From: Candidatus Marinacidobacterales bacterium
Lineage (GTDB): Bacteria > Acidobacteriota > Vicinamibacteria > Marinacidobacterales > DATDRI01
Assembly (NCBI GenBank): GCA_965226495.1
Contig: OZ245365.1
Coordinates: forward strand, 6,273,480 to 6,337,479
DNA: 64,000 nt
Direction: 5' to 3'
The position numbers and the translations under genes were made by a program. Below the pieces are notes generated by a model, which worked only from the letters and a program-made list of their open reading frames with translations, was not told where the DNA came from and made no database searches. The stretch's first letter is position 1. Every line of letters begins with the position of its first letter. Positions 43,401 through 55,537 of this stretch are shown one piece after another.

Positions 43401-45451
43401 TCAGAAGCCGACCTGAAGCGAGACGACGAAGTTGCGCGTCGCCAACGGGTAGTAAAAGGGAATGCCGTCGAGGCTGACTATGCCAGTGCCGGCGCTGTTC
43501 CGAACGAGAAATTGATAACTGTAGCCGTTAGGGAACTGGTCGCGGTTGTCGAGCACGTTGTTGATGAACAGCGTGACGCGCGCGTCGACACCTTGCCACC
43601 AGCGACCCAGGCTCTGCGACGCCCGCACGTCCACGTTGGTGAACGACAGCGTCCGGAATTCGGCGAGTCCGGTGTTGTCGAGCTGGGATTCAGCCACATA
43701 GCGACCCATGAGCCCGATGCTGGTGTCGCGATGCGACCATTCGACGCCGAGGTTAAACAAGAGCTCGGGCGTGAGTAGCGGCCGCACGTTCTGGTAGGTG
43801 ATCGGCTCGCTTCCGATCCACGTCCCCTGCTCGTCGAAGACATCGTAGAACTGTGTCCATTCTCGGATGCGGTTGCGGCTTACGTTCAGACTGTGCAACA
43901 CGGACCAGTTCGGTATCGGCATCCACTTCAGATCGACTTCGATACCGCGCCGGTACGAGCGATCGACGTTCTGCCGTAGCGGCAGACCGACTTCGGACAG
44001 CTCGCCGGTCAAGGCGATCTCGTTCCGGAACTCCATCAGATAGACGTTGGCCTGTAAGCCGAGCCGGGGCGTGTTCCAATTGACGCCACCCTCGAAGTTC
44101 ACCACCGATTCGGGTTTCACCGCTTTGAGATCATGCGGCACGGTGGCGTTGTCCTCGCCCAGCAGAAGATCGAGGCGCGCCGGCTCGCGCTGTGCTCTCC
44201 CGATAGAGGTGTAAAGACTCAAACCCGGAGAGAGCGTTTGTCTCACGCCGATCTTTGGGTCGAGAAAGCTCCAGTCGATCGGGTCCAACTCGACGTCACC
44301 TTCGTACGAGAAGCCGGCCCAGCGCCATTGGACGTCGCCGAAAAGGAGCGTGTCTCCCAGACGGTACTCGAGCTTGCCGAAGGCGTTCGTTGTCTCCTTG
44401 AACCCGGTGTTCTTGTACACACGAGTGTCCGTGTCGCTATCGAGAAAATGGTCGCCGCTGAAGTCGTTGTAGTGCACACCCACCGTCGCCGAAAGATTAT
44501 CCACGGTTGTACTCAGCGTGACCATGCTGCCGAAAAATCCCTGGTCGATGCCGAATCGCAGCAAGTCGTTTTGCGCTACCGGATCATCCCATAATTGGAA
44601 CCAACCGTCGGCGCCGTTGTAATAGAACGACGCGCTCAGCAACGAGTCGCTGCCGAGCTCCCGCATATACTTGATTTGGGCGAAATCCTGTCCGAAGTTG
44701 TCGCGGTCTTCCTCGGTGAGCGGGTTGAACCGTCGGTTCTCGCTCAGGGCGTCCGGGTCGACCGCGAGATAGGCAAGCTGCGACTTCTCGTCGCCTGAAA
44801 ATGCGACCAGCGACAAGGACGATCGCTCTTGCTGCCAACCCGCGTTCACAAAGAACGTGTGATGCTCGGTGCCGGAGCGCTCGCGATATCCATCGGTTTT
44901 GGCGTACGAGAACCGTCCGGAGACGTAGAGCCCGTTGTCGAAAACGCCCGACTCGTAGCCGATCGAGGCGCGCTTGGTGTCGTACGAGCCCAGTACCAAC
45001 CGAGCATCACCCTGGTTGTCTCGAGGCGGCGCCGCGCTTGCGAAGTTCACCGAACCGCCGTAGGCGGGCGAGCCGACCGACGAGGTGCCCACGCCGCGCT
45101 GGATTTGAATGCTGTCGACAGCGCTCAGGAAGTCGTGAAAATTGTTGAAGAACAGCGCGTGCTCCGCGGGGTCGTTGAGGGGCGCCCCGTCGAGGGTCAT
45201 GCTGATGCGCGTCTGTTGGATTCCGCGCATGCTGAAGTACGAGTAGTTGGACCCGATGCCCGAGTCCGAGTACCAGTTCATCGACGGAGTATGCTCGAGG
45301 AGCTCCGGAACATCCTGTCCGTAGCTGAATTTCTCGATCTCCTCACGGTCCATGTTGCGCTTCGTCACCGGGACTTCTTCTCCTGCTCGAATCCCGACGA
45401 CGGTGATCGACTCTTCGACCGTGCTCACCCACTGGAGTCGGAGCTCGAGCT
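43401..45451 (-). pseudogene. TonB-dependent receptor, 5' end removed by IS5
   Basis: GQDVPELLEHTPS..SDSG, MRG, PLNDPAEH, IQIQRGVGTS; C-terminal Phe; no signal peptide before the IS boundary. Confidence 0.88.
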
Positions 45452-46535
45452 GGCGTTGTTGCACGGCTCGGAGCAAATTGCTGACCTCCCTGTGCCGGTG
45501 GCAGAGTCACCCGGCGCAGTACGTATCGGGCATCCCGAGCGCGGTCATCTTGTTGAGTATCTCGCACCCAATTCGGTGTTCAACTCGTTGCCTCGCCAAC
45601 GTTCGAGTCCGCATCTCAGGCCCGATGATCGCCTTGTAACGATAGACCGCGTTTTCCACCATGCTTCGCTTGGTGCAGCCTGAGAGCTTGTACCATTCAC
45701 GTCGGCCGTGTCTTTCGATGGCACGAATATGGCGATCTCGCTCCTGCATGGCCGTGTTCGAATTCTGACTGAGCGTCGCGTTTCGTTGCGGCGGAATCAC
45801 CACGCGCGTCCTTCGTCCAGGGCTGTGCGCTTCGATGGTTTCGTAGACCGCTTCCTTGTCGTATGCACTGTCCGCCGCCACCGACACTAGAGGTGCTTGA
45901 ATCTGCGTTAGCAAAGCGGGGACTCGGGTTGCGTCGCGAGCTCGTGACGCCGTCAGTTCGGACGCAACAATGTTGCCGGTCTTGCGGTCAACGGCGATGT
46001 GCAACTTGCGCCATGCGCGCTGCTTTGGCGGTTTGCGGGCGGTTCCAACATGAATCCTCAAGCCCGTGCTATCGATCATCAGGTGGATGGGTTGAGTGCT
46101 TGCGGCTTTCGGAATCCGCAGCTTCTTGCGGAGCAGCCTCGAGCGCCGACACAGCGTCGAGTAGTTCGGGATCTCGATACCGAGCCCGAGAAGCGAGGCG
46201 ATCGAGTTCAAGAAGCCTTCGGTTTGGCGGTAGGCGAGCTTGTACACCATCCGGACAACCAGGCTCGTTTCAATCGCCAGGTCTGAATAGACCCGTTGAC
46301 CGCCAGGCTTACCAGTCTTGTCGGCCATCCAGTTCGCGATTGCCTCCTCGTCAAACCAGACCGTCAAATCGCCTCGGCGGCGCAGCCCTTCGTTGTATTC
46401 CGCCCAGTTGCGAACGTGGTACTTCTTCTGCTTCGCGTGCTTGTACTGGCTGCGCTTGGGATACTTCATGGTCGAACATACCTCGGCCACCACCATAGGC
46501 GCATTTGCTCTCAGCCAGAGCGGTGCAACAACGCC
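45452..46535 (-). mobile_element. IS5-family (IS903-group) element, copy C
   Basis: Same TIRs; transposase 45507-46469. Confidence 0.95.
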
Positions 46536-46627
46536 TCGTTTTGTTGGGACCGCCCGGCGTCGGTAAGACCCATCTCGCGATCAGCCTCGCGATCGCCGCG
46601 GCACAGAAGGGACGGCGGGTCTACTAC
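46536..46627 (+). mobile_element. istB: IS21 IstB ATPase fragment
   Basis: FVGPPGVGKTHLAISLAIAAAQKGRRVYY. Confidence 0.8.
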
Positions 46628-46929
46628 CGCCAAGCCGTTCACGGGAGCGCACCATAGACACTAAGCTGCTGATTTATGGTCTATTTCAAAAGGGCCGAGT
46701 TTTGGCACAGGACGGGGTCAAGCCGATAGCAACACTGGCCCTCAGAGGTCGCTCAAAGTGATTGGCTCCTCGCGCGCGGATTTCCCGTCATGGCCCGGAG
46801 CACCCAAGACGCTCCTCACTGAGGCCGTAGATATGTTTGCAGTCTGACCCACTCGTCACCGATTTGGACGAGCAGCTCTGAGGAAGACTTTTTTGAGAAA
46901 GGTGTTGATTGAGGAGTCCAGATATGTTG

Positions 46930-47590
46930 CTACGCGGCTGCGGGCAGTGGTACAGGTTCGGAAGAGACCGGGTTGCGCGCCCAACTGAGCAGGAAAACCT
47001 CGATCTGCAACCACAAAGGAATCGTCGTCGCCAAGAAGATGTCTCGAAAGGTGAGCCATCGAATGGTCAGACCGGCTTGCATGGCCGGAGTTCGGATCTC
47101 ACGTCCGAACTTCAGAGCTCCGTGCGGTCGGACGAAATTGTAATAGCAACGGAGCAACTCCAGGTGCTCATCGAGCCTCTCCGTCGAGCGAGCGTGGGAA
47201 AGTGTTCGTCTCGAAAGGTATGCTGAGCTTTGCCGGATCGTCAGATTCAACCGCTCGATGAACGACGTGTTCAATGTCGAGGAGTCCTCGGAGTTATTGA
47301 GCGCGTCATCAAATCGCCACGCGGCTCCGTACAGCGCTCTGCGTTCGACCTTGATGATACGATCGTTCCTGCGCGTCTTGAGGACCTGGCCGTAGAGACA
47401 CGCTGGCCCGAAGAAGCGACGGATGACCTTCCGGTAGAATTCGAATCCATCCGTGACGATCAAGGGAAGACGCTCGAAATTCATCCGCTTCGAAAGGTCG
47501 CGAAACAGAGCGTGAGTGTTCCGATAGCTTCGCCTTCCCGTCACCGTCGATGGCCAGAGCCGAGACCAGACCTCGATCGTAACGAAGAGG
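46930..47590 (-). mobile_element. IS1-family transposase C-terminal part
   Basis: IVTDGFEFY, YGQVLK, NTSFIERLNLTIRQ, YYNFVRPH, RTPAMQAGL. Confidence 0.8.
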
Positions 47591-47933
47591 TGCTTCTGCT
47601 ATTAACCCTAATCGCAAAATCTTCGAAGCACGAAAACGCGAAACAGCCGCACTGGGCGCAGGCGAGAAGCTCGTGCTGGGGCACCCGCTCGCCGCCACTA
47701 TAAGTGATTCTGCACGGTGTATGCAGAACCTGGAAAAGGTGCTATTCACGGGGCCAAAGACCTCAGACACGGTGACGTTTATTTGCGATTAGGGTTAAGT
47801 GTTGGTGAAATAACGCTAAGACTTTGCGGTGCATTAAATTACAGCCAAAATAGGGCTCACGACCTTCGCCGCGCGCTAAATTGAGCGTAAGCGACTTCTT
47901 TGCAAAGGGATGCGTACAAATCACCAACATTTA

Positions 47934-50276
47934 ATGGCGGAAGCACCCGTGGGTTGGTGTGTCGCGGCGTCAGTTCTGCTCGCACTGACGCTGGCCGCGC
48001 AGGCAAGGGCAGACGACCGTGATGACGGGCACGATGAAGACACTCCCGCAGACGTCGACCTGCACGGACCACCCGCGCCAGAGCCGCCCGAAGTGGTGGC
48101 TCGCGACGACCAGGGACGAGTGACTCTTCGCGCGAACCGTCTCAGCGAGCCCTTCGTCCTCGATGGCAAGCTGGACGACGCCATCTATACCCGGGTAACT
48201 GCGGTCAGCGACTTCATCCAGCAGGTGCCCGACGAGGGCGAGCCCGCTACGGAGAAAACCGAGGCCTGGGTTTTTTTCGACGATAGGAACATCTACGTCG
48301 GCATGCGCTGCTGGGACAGCCACCCGGAGAGGATGGTCGTCAACGAAATGCGGCGGGACAATTTCGGCATCTACCAGAACGAGAGCGTCACGGTGGTGTT
48401 CGACACGTTCTACGACCGCCGGAATGGCTTCATGTTCCAGACGAATCCGCTCGGGGCGCTCCGAGACCAGCAGTTCGGTGACGAGGGCCAGGCGATCAAT
48501 CGGGACTGGAACACGGTCTGGGACGTGAAGGCTTCGACGTTCGAGCAGGGCTGGATTGTGGAGATAGCCGTTCCGTTCAAGTCTCTCCGGTACAAGGCTG
48601 GGAGGGATCAGGTCTGGAGCATCAATATTCGCCGCGCGGTCAAGTGGAAGAACGAGGACTCTTACCTGTCCCTCGTTGCGCGGTCGCACGGCCCAAGGGG
48701 GGTCTACCGGATGTCGGAATCCGCGACGCTGGTCGGGCTGGAGGCTCCAGCATCGTCGCGGAATCTGGAGCTCAAGGCCTACGGCATCACGGCGTCCGTA
48801 ACCAACAATGACGCGGAGCCCGTCGTGTCGAACGACTGGAACGCGGACGCCGGATTCGATGTCAAGTACGGGCTGACCAGGGGTCTCATTGCCGACTTCA
48901 CCTACAACACCGACTTCGCGCAGGTCGAGGAGGATCAACAGCAGGTCAACCTGACCCGTTTCAGCCTGTTCTTCCCGGAGAAACGAGAGTTCTTTCTCGA
49001 AGGGGCGAGTATCTTCTCCTTTGCTGGCGTGCAGAGCCGACCGGACTTCGGCTTTCGTCCGGGTAGGTCGATCGGGAACTTGACGCCGATCATGTTCTTC
49101 AGCCGCCGTATCGGGCTCACGTCGAGCGGCGTGGACCCCATTCAGGTGGGAGGGCGGGTGACCGGCCGTGCCGGCCCGTTCCGGGTTGGCGCTCTGAACA
49201 TTCAGACCCGAGGCGTCGAGGGTTTCGTGGAGCCCACCAATTTCGCTGTGCTGCGGTTCCGGCGGGACATCCTTCGCCGAAGCGATATCGGCGTCATCGC
49301 GACCCACCGCACGACGTCGCTGTCCGAGCCCGGAACGTCGAACTCTCTCTTCGGCCTGGATGGCAACTTCTTCTTCGGTACCAACGTGACCATCAACACC
49401 TACTACGCGCTGAGCCACACACCACTCGCCACCGGTACGCAGATCGTTGGGGACGAGACCAGCTATCTCGGACGATTCGACTACAACGGAGATCGCTATG
49501 GCCTGCAGGTCCAGCGCCTCAAAGTGGGCGAGGCTTTTCGGCCGGAGCTCGGGTTCACGAGTTGGCAGGCGTTTACCCGCAGTTTCGTGGAGGCACGGTT
49601 CAGCCCACGGCCCGCTTCGATCGACCTCGTCCGGAGGTTCGTATTCCAAGGAACCTTCGACTACATCACCGGCGAGCCCACCGGAAAGCTTCAGACACGT
49701 CGTGCTCAGGCCCAATTCAAAGCGGAGTTCGAGGCCGGCGACGAGCTAACCGTCGAGTACAACCCGCAGTTCGAGTTCCTGGCCGAGGAGTTCGAGATCT
49801 CGGACGGCATCATCCTGCCCATCGGCGGCTACGACTTCCAGGACGTCCACGTTGCGTACCGGTTCGGAGCGCAGCGACCGGTGCCGGGCTTCGTCAGCTA
49901 CCGTACGGGAAGCTTCTTCAGCGGCGGCCGCAACGAGCTCGCGTTCAACGGTCGCATCGAAGTGACACCGAAGTTCTCGCTCGAGCCGCGACTCTCGCTC
50001 AACTGGGTGAGCCTCGAGGAAGGGGATTTCGCGGCCCGCCTCGTGAGCAGCCGGATCACATACTCGATGTCACCCCGCATGTTCGTGGGAGGGCTTTTTC
50101 AGTGGAACTCCACGAGCAACACGCTGAGCTCCAACGTGCGATTCCGGTGGGAATACGAACCAGGGAGCGACCTCTTCGTGGTTTATAGCGACGGCCGGCT
50201 CACCAACGAGGATGGATTTCCCATCCTGTTGAACAGGACGTTCGCGGTCAAGTTCACGAAGCTGTTTCGCTTCTGA
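47934..50276 (+). CDS. DUF5916 / CBM9-like outer-membrane-associated protein
   Basis: LDGKLDD, FIQ..PDEG.PATE.TE, DTFYDRRNG..F..NP.G, NTDFAQVE.D...VNLTRF.LFFPEKR.FFLEG; ends in Phe. Confidence 0.88.
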   Translation: MAEAPVGWCVAASVLLALTLAAQARADDRDDGHDEDTPADVDLHGPPAPEPPEVVARDDQGRVTLRANRLSEPFVLDGKLDDAIYTRVTAVSDFIQQVPDEGEPATEKTEAWVFFDDRNIYVGMRCWDSHPERMVVNEMRRDNFGIYQNESVTVVFDTFYDRRNGFMFQTNPLGALRDQQFGDEGQAINRDWNTVWDVKASTFEQGWIVEIAVPFKSLRYKAGRDQVWSINIRRAVKWKNEDSYLSLVARSHGPRGVYRMSESATLVGLEAPASSRNLELKAYGITASVTNNDAEPVVSNDWNADAGFDVKYGLTRGLIADFTYNTDFAQVEEDQQQVNLTRFSLFFPEKREFFLEGASIFSFAGVQSRPDFGFRPGRSIGNLTPIMFFSRRIGLTSSGVDPIQVGGRVTGRAGPFRVGALNIQTRGVEGFVEPTNFAVLRFRRDILRRSDIGVIATHRTTSLSEPGTSNSLFGLDGNFFFGTNVTINTYYALSHTPLATGTQIVGDETSYLGRFDYNGDRYGLQVQRLKVGEAFRPELGFTSWQAFTRSFVEARFSPRPASIDLVRRFVFQGTFDYITGEPTGKLQTRRAQAQFKAEFEAGDELTVEYNPQFEFLAEEFEISDGIILPIGGYDFQDVHVAYRFGAQRPVPGFVSYRTGSFFSGGRNELAFNGRIEVTPKFSLEPRLSLNWVSLEEGDFAARLVSSRITYSMSPRMFVGGLFQWNSTSNTLSSNVRFRWEYEPGSDLFVVYSDGRLTNEDGFPILLNRTFAVKFTKLFRF

Positions 50277-50299
50277 TACCGAAAGCTGCGCTCGATTCC

Positions 50300-50734
50300 G
50301 GCGTTGTTGCACGGCCCGGAGCAAATCGCTGACCTCCCTGTGCCGGTCGCAGAGTCACCCGGCGCAGTACGTATCGGGCATCCCGAGCGCAGCCATCTTG
50401 TTGAGTATCTCGCACCCAATTCAGTGTTCAACTCGTTGCCTCGCCAACGTTCGAGCCCGCATCTCCGGCCCGATGATCGCCTTGTAACGATAGACCGCGT
50501 TCTCCACCATGCTTCGCTTGGTGTAGCCTGAGAGCTTGTACCATTCACGTCGGCCGTGTCTTTCGATTGCACGAATATGGCGATCGCGCTCCTGCATGGC
50601 GGTGTTCGAATTCTGACTGAGCGTCGCGTTTCGTTGCGGCGGAATCACCACGCGCGTCCTTCGTCCAGGACTGTGCGCTTCGATGGCTTCGTAGACCGCT
50701 TCCTTGTCGTATGCACTGTCCGCCGCCACCGACA
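50300..50734 (-). mobile_element. Partial IS5 copy (3' 435 bp)
   Basis: Nearly identical to the start of the adjacent full copy; ends where the next TIR begins. Confidence 0.9.
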
Positions 50735-51820
50735 GGCGTTGTTGCACGGCCCGGAGCAAATCGCTGACCTCCCTGTGCCGGTTGCAGAGTCACCCGGCGC
50801 AGTACGTATCGGGCATCCCGAGCGCAGCCATCTTGTTGAGTATCTCGCACCCAATTCGGTGTTCAACTCGTTGCCTCGCCAACGTTCGAGCCCGCATCTC
50901 CGGCCCGATGATCGCCTTGTAACGATAGACCGCGTTCTCCACCATGCTTCGCTTGGTGTAGCCTGAGAGCTTGTACCATTCACGTCGGCCGTGTCTTTCG
51001 ATTGCACGAATATGGCGATCGCGCTCCTGCATGGCGGTGTTCGAATTCTGACTGAGCGTCGCGTTTCGTTGCGGCGGAATCACCACGCGCGTCCTTCGTC
51101 CAGGACTGTGCGCTTCGATGGCTTCGTAGACCGCTTCCTTGTCGTATGCACTGTCCGCCGCCACCGACACTAGAGGTGCTTGAATCTGTGTTAGCAAAGC
51201 GGGGACTCGGGTTGCGTCGCGAGCTCGTGACGCCGTCAGTTCGGACGCAACAATGTTCCCTGTCTCGCGATCAACGGCGATGTGCAACTTGCGCCATGCG
51301 CGCTGCTTTGGCGGTTTGCGAGCGTTTCCAACATGAATCCTCAAGCCCGTGCTATCGATCATCAGGTGGATGGGTTGAGTGCTCGCGGCTTTCGGAATCC
51401 GCAGCTTCTTGCGGAGCAACCTCGAGCGCCGACACAACGTCGAGTAGTCCGGGATCTCGATACCGAGCCCGAGAAGCGAGGCGATCGAGTGCAAGAAGCC
51501 TTCGGTTTGTCGGTAGGCGAGCTTGTACACCATCCGGACAACCAGGCCCGTTTCAATCGCCATGTCTGAATAGACCCGTTGACCGCCAGGCTTACCGGTC
51601 TTGTCGGCCTTCCAGTTCGCGATTGCCTCCTCGTCAAACCAGACTGTCAAATCGCCCCGGCGGCGCAGCCCTTCGTTGTATTCCGCCCAGTTGCGAACGT
51701 GGTACTTCTTCTGCTTCGCGTGCTTGTACTGGCAGCGCTTGGGATACTTCATGCTCGAAACATACCTCGGCCACCACCATAGGCGGATTTCGCTCTCAGC
51801 CAGAGCGGTGCAACAACGCT
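50735..51820 (-). mobile_element. IS5-family (IS903-group) element, copy D
   Basis: TIRs; intact 320-aa transposase 50790-51752. Confidence 0.95.
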
Positions 51821-52535
51821 CATCAGAACCGCTGACATGCCGGTTTCACGTCCACGTACGAGGCGGTTGCCGCTGGTGTGCTGCAGTCGCAGATGTCAAC
51901 ACTCTGACGAAACTTCGGATGGCGCAGAACAGGATGGTACTCGGATACGATCGATGCGGAGAAAATCGTGGGCACGAAGGTCGTCTAAAGTCCTCAAGGA
52001 TCTAGAACAACGACTGTCGAGCGGTCGTCCAAGCTTGACCGCGCAACGCCGGGCGTGGATGGAAATGAACGACGGCGACGATGTACGTGGTTCACGGCCA
52101 GACGACGATCACGCGCGCGCCGTAGTTGAGCGGTATGGAGGCATTCGGAAATCGGGAAACTACCGATTCCCGGACGGGTCTGTCCTGCAAGTGCGTCGCG
52201 GGCGCATCGTTGCATCGCCGGATCCCCCAGGAGCGGCGGAGTTCGGAGCCAAGCCGGGTACGCCGTGACCTTCCGGGAGCACGACGGACGGGTTAACTTC
52301 GGCGCTATGATGGCGGAAGCACCACGGGTTTCGTATTCGTCTTTGGCGCTGTAGACTCAAAAGCGGGTGGCCCATTTTAGGACCGCCCGCCGCTCCCGCC
52401 GCTCCCGCCACGTCGTGAAGGGCAGAACGACCTAACTATTTAAGCCATGAACAGAATCGAACCAACATCAACACCGCAAGCTCTCAACCCTGACCTAGCC
52501 GACATACGATGTAGCGGCCTGCCCTTCCCGAGCCT

Positions 52536-54600
52536 TTGTTTTCTCACGGCCCTGGTGGCGAGGACATTGAGCGAGGCCCGTTGACGAAGCTCCGTCTCGC
52601 CGCCATCGTCCCGGTGTTGCTGGCGACGGGACCGCTCTACTACCTCGCCTACCAGATCACTCCCGAGCGACGCTTCGAGCTTGGCTCCATGGATCGCGAC
52701 TTCAGCGTGAGGCAGGGAGAACTCCATCCGTCCTCCCTCATGAGCGGGCCCATTCGGTACGAAGACGGGTCCGTCGAGGTCATAGACTTCTACGGACGGC
52801 TCACCCCACGACGTGAGGAATTTCTTCTCCCATACCACGCGCGGCGGTCGCCCCTTGAGATCTTCCTTCGAGCGCATCGCTTCGGACTCCAGGGAAGCGT
52901 CTTCCTCACAGTTAACGGGGAGCCGGTCGAAGAGTTCGTTTTCGGAGAGACGTCCTACCCCTGGGGTGGGATGCGAGCCGTCATACCGGAGGGGGTCGCA
53001 GAACGCGGTCCGCTTCTAATCGAGCTTCTTACCCAAGGTGGGACGACGCCACCAAGTCACTTGCCCGTGGACCTAGGAGTGGGGATCGATTGGATCGAAA
53101 TCGCTCCTATGTCCGAAGGCGTCGAGCTTGCGCCCCTGAGGCGCGAGTACGCGGCGCTTTACGTACTTGTGGGACTCGTTTTCGGCTTCGCGCTACTGAC
53201 CGGGATGACGGCCTTCTCCGCTGCCATCGTCGCGGCGATCAGTCTGGTCCTTTGCCTCAGTCTCACCGCACTCGTTCCGATCGAGACGTCGATGGCCCTC
53301 GCGCGCCTCTGGGTCGTCCTGCCGTTCGCGGCTCTCGTGTACTGGCTGCTCGATCGCCGCTACGCGGCCTTTGTCGCGCAGCTCGTCGCGGTGGCGGCTC
53401 TCGTCCACTCGGCGCTGATTTTCTTTCCCAACCATTTTCCGCCCGACGCGCAACTGCTCAGTGCAATTTCATGGCAATTTCATGGAAGTCACGCCGGATG
53501 GCAATTTCATGGAGGGTGAAGATACGAGACAGGCTCCGAGCACCTACAGAGCCCCCTACCCTCCCTACTTCTTCATGCTCATTTTCGGTGCTTCTCGGGC
53601 CTACGACGACCTGCGCTTTTTGGTGGAGTTCGTTCCCGTTCTCATGGCTTCCATCATGCTCGTGCTTGTCTTTCTCATCGCGAGGACGGTCTTTGCTGAC
53701 GAGGTCGTCGCACGACTCGCCGGGATCTTGTTCGCGCTCGAGATCTCGGTATGGCATCACGTGCACCGCGGTCACGGCCCGGGGATCTTCGGCGGGCTCG
53801 CCGTGCTTACATTCATCTGGTTCGTCATCTCGCGGAGAGAGTTCTTCGTGCGACGAAGATGGTTCTTCGCCCTGGCGCTCGCTTCGATGGGGGTCGCGCT
53901 CCTCTATACCTCCGCTTTCTTTCAGGTCTCGATCTTCATGGCTTGTCTCCTAGCTCTCGGGATACTGTCCAAAGAGGGACGGCAGTCGAAAGCCCTCGCT
54001 CCCACGGCGCTCGGCTTCGCTCTCGGAATCGCTGGTGCCGTTGCGATCTATTACGGCCCCTACGCGCTCGCAGCTCTGAGACCGGAAAGCGTGGTTCTCG
54101 ACCGTGGGGGCGTCTACGACCCACCGGCCACGTTCTTGTTTATGAGAAATCAACTGAGGGACACGGTGCGTCTTCTCCAGAATGGGCACGCACTCTTCGT
54201 CCTCGCCTCTTTCGTCGGGCTCTTCTATCTCCCACAGAGCGGCGCGAGCCCCAACAACCGTCGCATCGTCTGGGCCGCGCTGGGCACCTACGCGATCATG
54301 CTGCTGCTGAAAGACCCGGCGTTCTTGCCGCGTATTTTCCTGAATGCCAAGGAAGATCTCTTCTACGCCCCCTTCGCCTGCATGGTCTTGGCACTTCCGC
54401 TGGCACGACTATGGAGGACGCCTCTCGGCCGCTTCGTCGTCGTGGCAATCCTCGCTGGGCTTTTTTCGCTCGCGGTACGCGATCAAGCCTGGAACGCCGA
54501 TACCCTGCACCCACAGCCCATCGCCTTCGTCGGAGCACCTTCACTTTTGCCTGAGCTCTACGACCTGCCGCAGTCGGTGGGCTCCGCCAAGTGGGCCTTG
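52536..54600 (+). pseudogene. Multi-TM GT-C-like membrane protein (paralog of 2450-4372), frameshifted near 53460
   Basis: Same layout: N-terminal beta-domain (LGVGIDWIEI), HFPPD, PYPPYFF, many TMs, KEDLF. Confidence 0.65.
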
Positions 54601-55307
54601 CGAACGACGAGGTCGTACCAGAGCCTGCTCAGGTCCAGGAGCGTTCGGGCGACACGCGGGAAGTTGAAGAACTGGCTTCTGCCGTAGACGCGGTGAAAAT
54701 GATGGACGGGTACTTCCTGGATCCGAAACCCGTGGTCCTGCACCTTCTTCATGAGCTCGACGCAAATGACGCCGCTGTCCTTGGTTAGCACGACCTTGTC
54801 GAAGATGCTCCGCCGAAACAGACGGAAGTCGCAGTCCACATCCGAGAGCGAAAGGCCGAAGGCGATGCGGACCGCCCAATAGTAGATGCGGCCGATGATG
54901 AGACGATGCAGAGGATCGGAGCGCCCGATCTTGACGCCGTTCACGAAGTCGCTCGTCGATTCCCACGATTCGAACAGGAGGGCCATCTCGCGAGGGTCGT
55001 ATTGCGCATCGCCGTCTGTATAAAAGACGAGCTCCTTCGTCGCGTTCTGAAACCCCGTGCGCAGCGCACCACCGTACCCGCGGTTCACGGGATGGTGTAC
55101 GACCTTGAGCTCGGGGAGGACGGACTGGAGCTCCGCGAGCACCTCGGCGGTGTGGTCTGAGCTTCCGTCGTTGACGACGACGATCTCGTAGTCGTCGGCG
55201 ATGCGGCGAGCCGCCACTCTCGCGCTCAGGATCATGCTAGGGATCGTTCCCGCGTCGTTATAGGCAGGAAATACTACAGAGAGTCCGAATTTCGGTGCTT
55301 CCGCCAT
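54558..55307 (-). CDS. GT2 glycosyltransferase (DPM1-like); start lies within the MITE end
   Basis: LSVVFPAYND, VVNDGSSD, NRGYGGALRTG, YTDGDAQYDP, DVDCDFRL. Confidence 0.9.
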   Translation of the reverse strand: MAEAPKFGLSVVFPAYNDAGTIPSMILSARVAARRIADDYEIVVVNDGSSDHTAEVLAELQSVLPELKVVHHPVNRGYGGALRTGFQNATKELVFYTDGDAQYDPREMALLFESWESTSDFVNGVKIGRSDPLHRLIIGRIYYWAVRIAFGLSLSDVDCDFRLFRRSIFDKVVLTKDSGVICVELMKKVQDHGFRIQEVPVHHFHRVYGRSQFFNFPRVARTLLDLSRLWYDLVVRKAHLAEPTDCGRS

Positions 55308-55537
55308 CAAGTGTTGCTACGCCGTGTTTGAATGCTAATGTCAGCTGGCCTGCCTGTGTCGGCGAACGCCATTAATAAGGACGTCGGTGTGCACACGAAG
55401 GTGTCCCTGAACGTCAGGCACCGTGTGGTCAGCCCAGCCCGCATCGCCGAAAGAACTGCGTCTCTCGAAATCAGGCTCAAACTCTAGCACACGAGCGGGT
55501 TACGCGGCAGCCACCAACACTTGATTGCGGAAGCACC
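55294..55537. mobile_element. 244-bp IS1-like MITE, copy 2
   Basis: TIRs; homologous to 38488-38731. Confidence 0.85.

Noticed and set aside
47970-49715. Long antisense ORF (581 aa) and similar shadow ORFs (5152-6339, 57273-58481, 28701-29849)
   Set aside because: They lie opposite well-supported genes; expected from GC-rich codon bias.
51837-52440. Small ORFs and a CCCGCCGCT repeat after IS5 copy D
   Set aside because: No motif support; too weak to call.
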